Source of the DNA: Octopus sinensis
Taxonomy: Eukaryota
Length of the DNA: 64,000 nt
Assembly: GCF_006345805.1 (NCBI RefSeq)
Contig: NC_043003.1
Span: 102,176,001 to 102,240,000 of the forward strand
Direction of reading: 5' to 3'
Of the stretch, positions 40,908 through 54,241 are shown piece by piece. The notes under the pieces are model-generated. The model saw only the letters and a list, made by a program, of their open reading frames with translations, did not search any database and was not told the DNA's origin. Numbering within the stretch: position 1 is the first letter of the stretch; the number at the start of each line of letters is the position of its first letter. The position numbers were made by a program, and so were the translations under genes.

Positions 40908-41689
40908 AAGAGAATGTGTATATGGAGTGTATGGAAATATGTAAGAGGTTGTATGAATGTATGTATGTTTATGTGGACTGTAAAAATGCAACTTTGAATT
41001 CATTTGCAGCCACCTCCATATACACACTCATAGATACATATACACACACACACTTGTAAACATACACACTCATACATACACATACACGCACACTCATATA
41101 CACTCACTATTATGGCTGGTAACACTCAGTCATACATTCACACAATCAAAAGCACACTTTATCAAACACACCAATGCACTGATATATATCTAAATATAAA
41201 TGTACATTTATTAACACACTCATATAAATTTTTTAAATATTCACTCAAATGCGTAGTTCTTTTCACAAAGAGACTAAACAAGATACATGTTCCCATATGT
41301 ACATATATGTCTACATATAAACCCACATACATGTATATGAACATACATTTAGAAATGACTATCCATGAAAACAGTTGATGCAAGAATCTCTTAAACCCTT
41401 TTGTTACCAACCAACCTCGAGACTACGTCTAGTTCTGTGATACAAACTTCCTGTTGAAATGATCTAAATTAAAAAAGCATCTATCAAAATTTCATGTTAA
41501 TTTATGTTCCAAACACTGGAACATAAATGAGAACAAAGTCATCTTATAAAATTCTTCAGTATTTTAAAAATCAATTAAAGCAAAGACATCATATTTCAAC
41601 AGAAATATGATTTTAAAAAATCATTAAAAAAGACTTCTACTTGTGAGCTTCACCTCTCCCTCAATTCTTGGATCAGAAGCTTTTTAGCT

Positions 41690-43117
41690 TCTTACAAGAT
41701 TGGTTCCGACAGTGTCGTAGGACATTGGACGGAAGGGCCGGTGAAAATGCTTGGAATCTGGTTAGATCCAGATCTCCAGATAGAGAAGAATTGGAGAGAG
41801 GTGGTGAGAAAGGTGGCTCTCCTAACTCAGACCTGGTCTGAGCGGAAGCTGTCCTTGAAAGGGAGGGTTGAGGTTGCAGAGGTGTTTATCGCATCTGTAA
41901 TCACTTACCGCCTGACTGTCGTGCCTTGCCCCGATTCGTGGCTGAACAAGCTGGAATGCATGCTCTTTCGCTTTTTGTGGAGGGTCAGCAGACTTCTTGT
42001 AAGGCGCTCTATTTGCTGCCAAAAGCCGCTGAAGGGTGGGTTTGGGATGCCATGGCTAAAAATGCACAGGCATGCGCTCAGGCTTAGGCACCTCTGGCTT
42101 TACCTGGACGGTGAGCAGGCGTGGTCTCCGTTCCTCAAGCTGTTATTTCCACAGTTTACATCGTTTACCAAACTGAACCCATGGTAGACCGAGGTTGGGC
42201 ATGTGGCATGCAGAGTGCCATCAGGCACTTGTGCTTCTCTCCCATCGGGCAATGCCGGTGGCGGGGGTACTACCTCGTTCTTCTATAGAGGGTTAGTAGA
42301 GTTTAAGTGTGATGACGTCCTGGGAGAAACCCTAGGCTTCGACGAAGATCAACTGGCCAGCCTGTTCCAAAGAACATTCGGTCCGGGGCCTATGGATAAT
42401 TACCAAAAGTCCCTGGCCTGGCAATGTTACAGAGGAGCTTTACCGGTTCGAGATAAGCTCTTTAGACATGGGTGTGCACCTTCGCCGGTTTGTGCAAGAT
42501 GTGAGAGGGACAGTGAAACTATCCTGCACGCGATTGTGCAATGCCCCAAGGTGACTGAACTCTGGGCTTATGCCGAACACCTGCTGTCGCATTCGAGAAG
42601 AGTACAACTGTCGAGCGAATCTGTAATTAAGATAGTTCCGCCGACCTCCCTGAATAGGGAGGAGCGAGCCTGTTTTCTCTCGGTAGTTGCTATGGCGAAA
42701 GAAGTAGTGTGGAAGACGAGAGTAAAAGGAATTGCAACAGGCATGTTTATCTCCAGTCTCGAGCTAATCGACTTTTTCGTTTTCCACATAAGGCTGGAGA
42801 AGAAATGCCTGTCGCAAAGTGTGTTTCGTAAAAGATGGAAGTATAGCAAGTATGTTGTGAGCGAAAGAACCTGTTTAAACGAGAATATATAAAGGAGAAA
42901 ACAAAGTCTTCAGTGTGAGTATGTGGTTTGTGGGGTCAACTGCGTCCTCTGCTTCATTTTTTGTTAATCACTCATTCTCATTTAATTGTATATATTTTAA
43001 TTGTTTGTTTATTCATATGTTTCGTCTCATTCAATACCCTGACCCCAATGTTTGTTTTCTCTGTCCCCCCCCCGTATTGTCCCCTCTTTTTCTCAACCTT
43101 ATGGTGAATAAAGAAAT
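41690..43117 (+). mobile_element. L1/Tx1-clade LINE 3' fragment ending at (CT)n
   Basis: KMLGIW, RKLSLKGR, KGGFGMP, zf-RVT CARC...ETILHAIVQC. Terminal aataaagaaa followed by ctct repeat. Confidence 0.85.
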
Positions 43118-44370
43118 TCTCTCTCTCTCTCTCTTCCTTTCTACCCCTCTCTATCCATCACTATCTCTCTCCCTCTCTTGGGAGGTTCTGCTGTCATATG
43201 ATTACAGCAACTGAACAGTACCATTGTTAGAAGATTGATTGAAGATGGATGTTAGAAAGATGAGAGGAAACTTGATCAACAAAATGGATCAGGGCCTAGC
43301 ATAGACATATTTCATCCCCTTTGTGCTATAAGTTACCACCCCATTTCCCTGGAACTTCTTCTTCTAACATTCATCACTCATTCTCAATATCATCCCTTCC
43401 TAATTAATTTTCTGCCATCTCTCCTTTCTGACCCTTCAGGTATCTCTCCCTCTTCCCTGAGTTTCATTTTAGGACTGCCTTACCTCATCTTTAAATAACT
43501 CTTATATCTGTTATCACTCTCAACACTCTCACGTATCTGCTGTCACTAGCAGCTCCCTCTTTTGCCCCCCCCCTGCTCCACTTACTTTGCCACCTTTAAG
43601 TATCTCTGACATCCATCTCTGTCCCTGTACATCACACACACACACTCTCTATCTCTCTTCTCTCTACTCTCCCACATTGCACATATCTCCTTACTGCTGT
43701 ACTCCAACTTACCTGTACTGTTACTAATTGCCTCTTCCTTCCTGAACTATTTCTTTTATCTTCTCCACCATACTGATATTACCATTGACTCCACTTCCAT
43801 CCTTGTATACCATTCACCACATTAACCTCTACTCTTATCAATAACCACCTGTCTCCTCTCACACTCTTACAAACTTATCCACGCACACCTCTCCATCCTC
43901 AGTCCATATTCTTTATTATACACCTTCCTATACCATGAAGATATGCTCTGACACCTTGTCATTAACATCTCTGTCTCTATTCCAGTTATTCCTACCCACT
44001 CCTATATAGCATGTGGTAGCCATGTATCTCTTTTACAGAAAGACACTTGTGTTTGACCTCCTTTCATACTTCAGTCTCTCAACACCTGGCAACAAATCGC
44101 CTTCCTCTCTGCTACAATCCCACCCAGCTGAGTGAGGATACTTTTCATTTGTTTTCTGAGTCACTTGGTAACTTCGCTGGTAGTAGTGTCATGGAAAAAT
44201 GCTCAGTACATTCCATAAAGATATTAGCATTAGGAAGAACACCAAGTCATAGAAACCACACCAAAACAGACACTGGCACTTAAAACAGTCTTCCAGCTCA
44301 TTGCATCCAATCAAACCATCCATCTCATCCAGCATAGAAGATGGACATTAAACAATGATGATAGTGATGA

Positions 44371-44402
<32 letters not shown>

Positions 44403-45095
44403 CACTCTTATTAACTAGCATTATCCTCATGTACTGCTAACCAGTACTCCTTCTTACCATTAACCATTCTTATGTCTATCCCTCATTCTCACTCTCACAC
44501 TTTCTCTCTTGTTGACATGTAGCTGCCGTTAGCACCTTTCTCCCATTAACGTCTTTCTCCCATTACTGTCTCCCTTCCATTATTCAGCCTAATGGTGTCT
44601 CTCCCATTTCTCTCTTTCCATTTCTACCCACTCATCCAAACCACTCTGTTTCCCCACATAACTCTTGCTGCTTTTTTCCTCTCTTACTTGAGTTCATTCA
44701 TAATTTCTCTCTTCTATTGATTTGGTTGATTTTGCTACCTTGAATGAAGGTAGCATCTTCATTGGTGCAATGAGTGAGAGACAGAAGTGCAGAAAGACAC
44801 TCATGGCAGCTACATGTCAGTTAGTACTTGGAAATGGATGCATGGCATATAGAATACGTATATATGTAAGTATGTACATATATACGTATGTATATATGCA
44901 TATATATGGATTTTTATTTTATTATATGATTGAACGCCACGCATCCATTTCCAAGTAAGTTTTGTCTTAATAATTCTGATGTGACACTTTCTATTCTATT
45001 CTATCGTTCTATTACTCTTTCATTTTCTCTCTCCTATTACTCTATTATTCTATCACTCTTTTGTTTTCTCTCTTCTCTCTAATTCTTTTTATCTC

Positions 45096-46183
45096 AGTAC
45101 ATTCCATAAAGAGTGAAGAACGGCTCTTTCGAGAGGTTACACTTTCCGCTTATGATGTTGTGAGCAAGAATGAGATCACCACGGCGTCGTCGTTTTACTA
45201 GAGAATAAAGCTCGAGCGTCTTCAGCCTTTCTTCATAAGACAAATGCTTGAGACCAAGAACCATGTGGGTAGCCAGCTTCTGGACTCTTTCGAGATGATG
45301 TATGTCTTTGAGGAGATAAGGAGAAGACGCTTGAATTCCGTACTCCAATATGGGTCTCACCAGCGTGACATAGAGCCGTAGGAATATGGCTGCTGTGAAC
45401 ATTCCGAATGACCGTCGAATCAAAAACAGAACTCCGCGTGCTTTGTTGGCAGCATGGACGCACTGGGCCGAAGGCGAAAAGGAAGAATCCACCAAGATAC
45501 CCAGGTCCTTTACCTGGTCGGTCCTCTCCAGCAGCAGCAGACGACCCGGCTCGAAATCAAGTTGAGTTGCAGGAGAAGAGCCATCAGGCAGATGACAGCA
45601 CTTTGACACGTTCAGACACAGGTCCCATTTGTTAGACCATCTCCAAACTTGGTGGAGGCATCGACGAAGATCTTCTCCTTATCTCCTCAAAGACATACAT
45701 CATCTCGAAAGAGTCCGGAAGCTGGCTACCCACATGGTTCTTGGTCTCAAGCATTTGTCTTATGAAGAAAGGCTGAAGACGCTCGAGCTTTATTCTCTAG
45801 AAAAACGACGACGCCGTGGTGATCTCATTCTTGCTCACAACATCATAAGTGGAAAGTGTAACCTCTCGAAAGAGCTGTTCTTCACTCCTGTTCCAGAGTG
45901 TCGGCTGCAGGGTCACTCCGAAAAGCTCTATCTGCGACGATTTCATCTCAATTGAAGGAGAGGGGCTTTCTCTGTCCGGGTTGTGGATCCGTGGAATAAG
46001 CTGCCGGACGAGATAGTGAAGATGCCGACGACCGCTCGGTTCAAAGTCTCTCTTGACCAGAAATGGCCTGAACTCTTTGCATGACCCTGTACATAACTGC
46101 ATGTCCCCCTACATGGCCTTGCTTTTTGCTTTTTGAGCCAAATTAACTTAACTTAACTAACTAACTAACTTAACTAACTTAAC
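45096..46183 (+). mobile_element. CR1-like LINE 3' part with inverted 5' segment (45111-45670 minus; 45671-46183 plus), (TAAC)n tail, candidate 7-bp TSD
   Basis: KDLGIL, LYVTLVRPILEY, LERVQKLAT, LSYEERLKTL, RRRRGDLI, FSVRVVDPWNKLP. ttatctc at 45089-45095 and 46184-46190. Confidence 0.88.
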
Positions 46184-46713
46184 TTATCTCCCCTTCTCCC
46201 CCTCTCATTTTTCTCTCATCCTTTCTCTAATTTTTTCTTTCCCCTCCACCGTTCTCTGTCTGTCACTCACTTTCCCTCACTCTTCCTCCGTTGCTCTCTC
46301 ATGGCTCCCACATGACCATCTCCCATCTTTCTTTCTTTCCTCCTGATACAGCTGGACGAATCAGTCGTATTTTTGTCTGTCTCCTGTCCAAGCTTGCTTC
46401 TTCACATTCACTACCTCACTTTGTTTAGGCTTAACAGCCCTTCCTGTTTATTTTCACTGTCCTGTTTTTGTTACCAATTTTAACCCTCTGCAAAATTATC
46501 GAAGGCATATTTTAGCGTGAAATGCTTGAAATACAGATTAGAAAATCAGCCCACAACTGATGAAGGGTCGTTCTTCATGTTGCATGTCTTGTTTTCCATT
46601 TGTTTCCTTCGTTGTTCACAAAAAAGTTCATATTCCATGTATTCGTATGCCATATTCCATATTTTCGTATTTCTTGTTGTTTACGTTCTGTGACGTCCTG
46701 TGCTCACACATGC

Positions 46714-46758
<45 letters not shown>

Positions 46759-46821
46759 TAGACAAAAATAGATAACAAAGCCAAGGCTGTTAGGAGTTTT
46801 CAGTCATTTATAACGAAATAT

Positions 46822-46867
46822 TCTTACAGCTGTTTTGGGGATATCATGGATATTCCTTCATCAGAGA
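46822..46867 (-). ncRNA. Degenerate hammerhead motif in a PLE terminal-repeat remnant
   Basis: tct-CTGATGA-aggaatatc-cat-gatatcccc-AAAAC-agct-GTA-aga. GAAA reads AAAA. Flanks are homologous to 1370-1480. Confidence 0.65.
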
Positions 46868-47783
46868 CGATGTGAGATGGTTAAATAGCGGTAAATGTTT
46901 GAGTTCAAAATATGGAATTATTGTGGAAAAGGAGGAGATAGGGAATACAGAGGGAAGTAAAAGAATGAAAATAGAAATAAAATATAAAACATTGTAGTTG
47001 CAGTTCTGTTATTCGAGAAAAGTGGTGTATAGAAGTGGCAAGAAGTTTCCTGTATCTGGTGTGTAAGTTCCAATAGTAGTTCATGTTTAGTCATTTCTAA
47101 GTATGAAGTCATGGAGGTAACTTAGGGACTAGAGATCCCTTTGGTCTTGTTTTATTGTGAAAGTGCTAGCTGCTGTAGTACTGATGCATTGGTAAATTGC
47201 ATTCAACACATTTAGTAAAGTGGTTGATATTAGGAAGAGCATCCAGTCGCAGGGTCTTTGCCAAAGTAGAATGTACAAGCAAAAAAAATGGGCTATGGGA
47301 GGTAGACTACAACCTGTCAAGGAGGATGGTGAGTTAGAGTAAGAATTGATTTGTACCGTGACGTCCTGTCCTAGTATAGATTGAGGATGTACAATGGTGA
47401 GGATGATTATGATATGTGTATATACTATGTCTACATCTGTCTGTGCGTCTGTGTGTGTGTCTGTCTGTCCTTCCGTCTATCCATCCATCCATTTATATAT
47501 ATATATGTGTGTGTGTGTAACCCATGCTCGCATGGAAGGAGGATGTTAAACAATGATGATATATAAATCCTCATCATCATTTAACATCCGTTGACCAGGG
47601 CTGGCAAGCTGGAAGGTTGCACCAGACTCTAGTCTGATTTGACATGGCTTCTACAGCTGGTTGCCCTTCCTAACACCAACCACTCCAAGAGACTAAATTC
47701 CTCTGTTATTTCTTGGAGAACTATGATGAACAAGAAGGGATTGAGGACCAATTTTTGGTGAACTCCTACTTGTACTCTGAATC

Positions 47784-49490
47784 AGGCTTGATGAAAGTAC
47801 CAAATTTAGCAAAATAAAAGCACCAAATTTTGCTCAATAAGTACCAAAATTTAAATTTGTAATATTTTGCCTATAAATCAACTGAAATGCATTAAATATA
47901 GTATTTATAATATACAGGGCATTATTTTAAAGTGACCTACACATATTTAACATACTTACTTTATAATTAGAAGGTTGCATGATCAATAGGATGAGGCTGC
48001 TCTTTGTACCAATGCCCTTGTCCTTCTTTTAATTTAGCACAAAGCTCTGCATCAGATGTATAAGTTGTGCAGTTTACATCACGAAGAAGGTTTTATGAAT
48101 GCAGCAGAGCATTGGTCGTTTGGGTGTGCAGTTTAGACCTATTCTTGACTTTAATGTTATTTAGGACTGAAAATATTCTCTCGGCTGAAGCTGAAGAATA
48201 TGGTAATGATAGGAGCTGAAACATAAAGCATGATAGGACTGAATAACGAGCTTCATCTCCACATTTTTCCTTAGAAATTTTGTACCAAAAATCTTCTGGT
48301 TTGGTAGCTTCAGTTATGTCATTGTTATCTTGAAGTTTAAGTTCTCTCCATTCTTTCTTAAAAGCATTAATCTGACTCTCTTGAATAATATTTGGAAATT
48401 TGCATGCCAGAGGAACAATCGAACTTGGACCATTGCAATCACGAATACTAACTGGGCCTCTACAAGCTTCAGATTATGGATGAAATCATGTGCAAAGAAG
48501 CACTGAAAAAATTCCTTCCAAAGGTACACATAAAAATTTAATGTTTTCACATGAAATTGTTTCAATTTAGTTGTACTAACAGATAAAGCTTTCTTTGTGT
48601 AGATGCTTTCAACTTTTGGTCCTCTGTAAATTTCAGTTATGAAAATTTGATAGGATTTGCCAGTGACAATGCTAGTGTAATGATAGGACAGAAGGAAGGT
48701 GTGCAGGCATTACTGATGTATCTTGATGTTAATTTCATGTAGCTTTTTATTTTTTACTATTTCTTTTTTAACAAAATTGCCAAGTATTCCTTTCACAGTA
48801 CATGTAATAGACTTGTGTAGTTTGTGCATTCTGTAGCTTTCTGACTGGAAATCTAAGTTCAACTTAATATCTGGCAAAATATATGCTAAAAATGCATAAT
48901 ACATCTCTGTGATTGGATTTGTTAATGAGTTCAGCACATTCGAAGCTGCACAGTTGTTATCTTCAATAATAGTAGCAGCAATAAAGAATAATACTAGAGC
49001 AGGTCACTATTCCAGTATTCTTTTGGCTGCTTGTTCTAAAGATAGCCACCTTGTACAACTTGTAATAATTTATGAAAGATTTGTTTGAGTAAATGCCTGA
49101 AATTCTTCATATTTCTGAAGTCTCTTTGGGCTATTTGACAGGAATGAATATATGCTTCTAGCAAGTTCTATAAATGAAGGTAATTCTGAACATACCTTTA
49201 ATGCAAAGATATGTATAGAATGACAGACAACCCTAAATAAAAAAGAGAAGGACCTTTGTTCTTCAGTAATGCCTGCACACCTTCCTTCTGTCCTATCATT
49301 ACACTAGCATTGTCACTGGCAAATCCTATCAAATTTTCAAAAGGAATATCATGTAAGGTGAAGAATCATTCAATAGAAGGAAAAATTCCATTAGCAGAGC
49401 TTCCAAAAGAATTAAATAACTATCAATAATTTTTTGAGTGCTACAATCATAAAATTTCACTTACAGAACAAGCTGCACCATAATCCATGA
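47784..49490 (-). mobile_element. hAT transposase remnant
   Basis: IPFENLIGFASDNASVMIG and the C-terminal dimerisation motif LLSLPYSSASAERIFS. Ends are approximate. Confidence 0.75.
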
Positions 49491-50004
49491 GGACACATTT
49501 CTCTTCTATGACATCACAATTTTCTTTCACACACTGTCTTGCAATTTGAAATGCTTCAAGTCTTTGGTCCTCACGGTGCTGAACATAGGCAAACTTCTTA
49601 TTTTCTGCTTCTCCCTTGGCTAGATATACGTGTCTCCTAGCTTCCCTTCTGGCTATCTGATACAGTTCCCTGCTACCTCAACTCTTCCAGGCCTGTTTCT
49701 TTGCTTTAATGGCCCTGTCTACAACATCGTTCCACCACCACGTCACTTTAGGTTTGGATGGGACTTTGCACCAGCCACAGATTTGGTCTGTGGCACTCAG
49801 CAAGGAATTCCCAGTTGCCCTCTATGTCACAAGCCCATAGCTACTCCTCCCTCTCACCAAATTTCTCAATTAGGATGTCCCTAAATCTATAACTATATGA
49901 TTCGTCCTTAAGCTTCCAAATCCTTCGTTTCCAGATTGGTCTGCTTCTTGGCATCCTTCTGGCCTGGAGTCTAAAGTCACTAATATATATATATACATAT
50001 ATCT

Positions 50005-50041
<37 letters not shown>

Positions 50042-50065
50042 TATATATATACATACATATACATA

Positions 50066-50163
<98 letters not shown>

Positions 50164-50807
50164 CCATACCAGCGTGGAAGGAGGATGTTAAACGATTATG
50201 GTAATAGTGATATATATATACGTAACTACAAAATGTAACTACATGTGGATTGTTGGCGATTTTTTTTCCTCTGTCTTCCTTTTCTTTTGGACTTTCCTCT
50301 TTCTCCTGTTTCTGAAGAAGAGTTTTGTTTGAAACATAAAGCACCCTTTCTTTCCTTCCCTGAGCGTCTTATTAATACTTTACATGTACTTGCATTGTTG
50401 ATTTTTTCTTGTCTTTTTTCTCCATTTTTTGGTTAATTATGTATATATGTATATATATATATCATCATCATCATCAGCATCATCATTTAACATCAGTTTT
50501 CCATACTGGCATGGGTTGGATGGTTTGACTGAGGACTGGCAAGCCAGAAGGCTGTGCCAGGCTCCAATCTGATCTGGCAAGGTTTCTACAGCTGGATGCT
50601 CTTCCTAACGCCAACCACTCTGAGAGTGATGTGGGTGCTTTTTACATGCTACTGGTATGGGAATCAGTCAGGCAGTACTGGCAATGACCATACTCAAATG
50701 GTGCTTTTTATGTGCCACCAGCACAGGAGCTAGTCAGGTGACACTAGCAATGACCATGCTCGAATAGTGCTTTTTATGTGCCACTGACAGGCGAGCCAGT
50801 CAGGTGA

Positions 50808-53800
50808 AGCAAAAAGCTATTAGGCTGACCTTGTCAGGTCAGGTCTGATGTATGCAGCATCGGATCCTACTACTGGTAAACTGTAAACCAGTACAACCTG
50901 TGTCAGTGGGGTAGAAAGGGCTCCTTAGCTGTAGTGAAGGCAATCTGTCTTGGGAGATAACCTTACAATAAATCACTCGGTCCGTAGCTTAGAAATACTG
51001 GGTTGACATCCAGCGGGAACAGCTTTGTTTCATGGAGGAGGAAAGATCTTCTTTAGTGCTTGGTTGTACATTGCTTTCCAATGTATGTAGTAGTGGCGTG
51101 TGCACACATTATTAGCCATTTGAAAAGACTGTGGAGTTTGCAATTAACTGCACCAGGGTTCCTCTTCCCCAGGGAACCAGACTTAATGGTATACCTGCGG
51201 GTGTAGGTCCAGCCCCTGGTTTGCCGGGTCCTGTCTCTGATCACGTTGCACCTCCAAGGGCATCAATGACAGTGATGCCCTCAATCTTAACAGACGGGTA
51301 TCACCTGATGGAGAAGAGTCAGCTCCCAACCAACCAACACCAAACAAACACCTCATCAGCTGTAAAAATCATTCGATACTCAGCACCTTCAATGCCCGCC
51401 CCCTTGGTTCTCTTGGTTGTCTAGAAGAACTTGGTGCAAATGCAGAATCACATGGCATTGATATAATAGCTGTCCAAGAACACCGATTTTACCACCCTGA
51501 CGACATCCTCAAATACCATCAAGTCGGTTCTTATCAACTTGTAACCTCCTCTGCATCAAAGAATACTGTTAATTCAACAGTTGGAGGTATTGGATTTCTA
51601 CTTTCATCAAAAGCTAGTGATACTCTCTTGAGTATAGAGTCAATCTCACCTAGAATTATGGTGCTCGAGATAGATGGAAATCCGAAAACAACATTGGTAT
51701 GTGTGTATAGCCCACATAATTCGTCTGTGGCAGACGAGATTGAGAATTTTTATATAACCCTTCGTTCAACCATTGAGCAAGTACCTCTCCATAATTTTCT
51801 AGTTATAACTGGTGATCTGAACGCTAGACTAGGATCCGATGAGACCAAGTTTACATTCAACTCTAAAACTAATCGGAATGGAGAAATGCTCAAAGACTTC
51901 TTAGAGTAATTTAATCTTTACACCTCCAACAATTATTTTATGAAACCAAAAGGACAACTTTGGACATTCGAGTCCCCACTTGGTGATAGGGCACAAATTG
52001 GCTACCTCATCTTTCGAAAGAAGTGGCGCAATAGTGTTAAAGACTTGAGATCCTACTCTTCCTTTAGTTCTGTTGGCTCTGACCACAGAATTGTATCAGC
52101 TACCATTAAGCTGATACAAAAAAAGCTAAGCCTCACCTGATGAAAACAATTGACTGGGAGGAAGTCTCATCTAACCCTGACATGTCCAAACAATTTACTA
52201 TTGATGTCTATAACAAATTTCAATCTTTGTCTACTTCTGAAATAGATGCTGAGAACATTGAAGAAGTCTACAGCAGCCTCATCAAATCACCAGAGGAAGC
52301 TGCATTGGCTACTCTTCCCAAAAAGAAGAGTAGGGGCCAGAGCAAACCTTCTAATTCCCCAAACGTCATCGAAGCCAGAAACCATCTAAAGTCTATATCA
52401 CTAGCTTACCACCATTCTCCATCTCAGTCACTGAAGATCCAACTCATAACTGCCAAGAAGAATCTTGATGATGCTTACTTGAACGCCGAGGTCGACTTTA
52501 TCAACGGCAAATTAGCAAACTATCCAAAGAGCATATTAGTAAAAAACACCATCTCGCCTGGAAATCCATCAAAGACCTATCAGGCAAAAATTCTGGGTCA
52601 TCAATTAGAATTAAAGGGGGATCAGCTAAGAAGCGTTTAGAAAATTGGTCAACTCATTTTAAAAACCTTCTTGGGAAGAATGCCAAAATCCCTGATGACC
52701 CCACTCTTCCAAGTGTGCCTATATCAGACACGCTGGACATCAACACCTCCCCTTTTACCATATTTGAACTAACAGCAGCCACTAAACAACTGAAAGCCTC
52801 GAAAGCATTTGGTCCCGACAACATGCCAGCTATAATTTGGAAGGATGATAAATTTCACACACTTTTGCTCAATCTTTGCAACCACACACTTTCCACTTTT
52901 GTAGCTCCAAAGATTTGGCACCAATCTCAAATCATCCCAATACCCAAAAAAGGCGATTTATTCCTCGTCAGCAACTACAGGGGTATATCTCTAATGTCAA
53001 TTGCTGCAAAATTGTACAACAAACTGATTCTAAACCGTCTCGTCCTTTTTGTTGAACCTTTGCTCTGAAAGAACCAAAATGGATTCAGACATGGGCGCTC
53101 AATGCTGAGCCAAATACTATGCCTACGCAGACTTATTGAAGAATCAAAAGCATTTAATCGCGATCTTGCAATGGTGTTTGTAAACTTTTCTAAAGCGTTT
53201 GACTCTGTAGATAGGTACAAGATGTTTGAAATCCTTAAGCTCTATGGGATACCAGACAAAAATCATTCTGCCATCAAGGTCCTCAACACAGATACGTCTT
53301 CAACCATCTTAACCCCTGACGAAGAAACATCATCTTTCTCAATCAAAGCCGCATTTCCCTTCATCATTGTCGTTGACTATGTGCTACGTATGTCAGTTGA
53401 TACCATTTCTGGCAAGGGCTTTGAAATAAAACCTAGAAGAAGTTCCAGACACCCAGCTGAATACTTGACAGACACTGACTTTGTTGACGACATCGCTCTT
53501 ATCAGTGATTCTCTCTCCAATGCTCAGTCTCTTTTACAATCTCTCGAACAAGCCTCAAACTGTGTAGGTCTTTACCTCAATGAGGCCAAGACTGAATATA
53601 TAAACAAGTGCCTGTCCAACAGTGATTGCATCATCCATACTTTCAACAATATAGCCCTTAAATATGGTTTCTGATTATAAATATCTTGGGTCATACATAT
53701 CATCATCTGGAAAAGACTTTCTAACTAGAAAGGGTATGGCCTGGTCAGCCTGTAATGACATGCATAAGATCTGGTCATCAAATCTAAGTAGAGACTTCAA

Positions 53801-54241
53801 ACTTGAAATATTCAAAGCCACAGTCGAACCAATTCTACTATATGGCTCAGAAACCTGGACGTTATCAAAGAAGCTTGAGAGGCAGTTGGATGGAACCTAC
53901 ACTCGCCTCCTTATGAGAGCTCAAAATCTCTCGTGGAAGCGTCATCCAACCAAAATGCAAATATATGGGAAACTACCACCTGTGTCATCTCTTGTGAAAG
54001 GTAGAAGAGTCCAGTTTGCTGGACATTGTTGTAGAGCTGAAAACGAGGCAATTTCTCCTCTTCTCCTCCGGAAGCCATCTACTCGCAATACCAGAGGGCG
54101 CACACTCTCCTATCCTGATGTAATCTCCAGGGATACAGGCATCCAGCAACAGGACCTCCGTAATGCTATGATGGACTGTGAAGTCTGGCGTAGCATGGTA
54201 AATTCCATTGTCTTGACCATGGTCGAACAATAATGATGATG
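50808..54241 (+). mobile_element. Near full-length RTE-like LINE (APE endonuclease plus RT), frameshifted, with TSD
   Basis: IIAVQEHR, VYSPH, GDLNAR, SDHRIV; NYRGISL, FSKAFDSV, DFVDDIAL, YKYLGS, LLYGSETW. (TGA)n tail. agtcaggtga at 50798-50807 versus agtcaggcga at 54242-54251. Inserted in the minisatellite of a SINE. Confidence 0.9.

Noticed and set aside
46555-46630. CTGATGAaggg motif in a repeat tail
   Set aside because: No correctly placed downstream GAAA or stem III.
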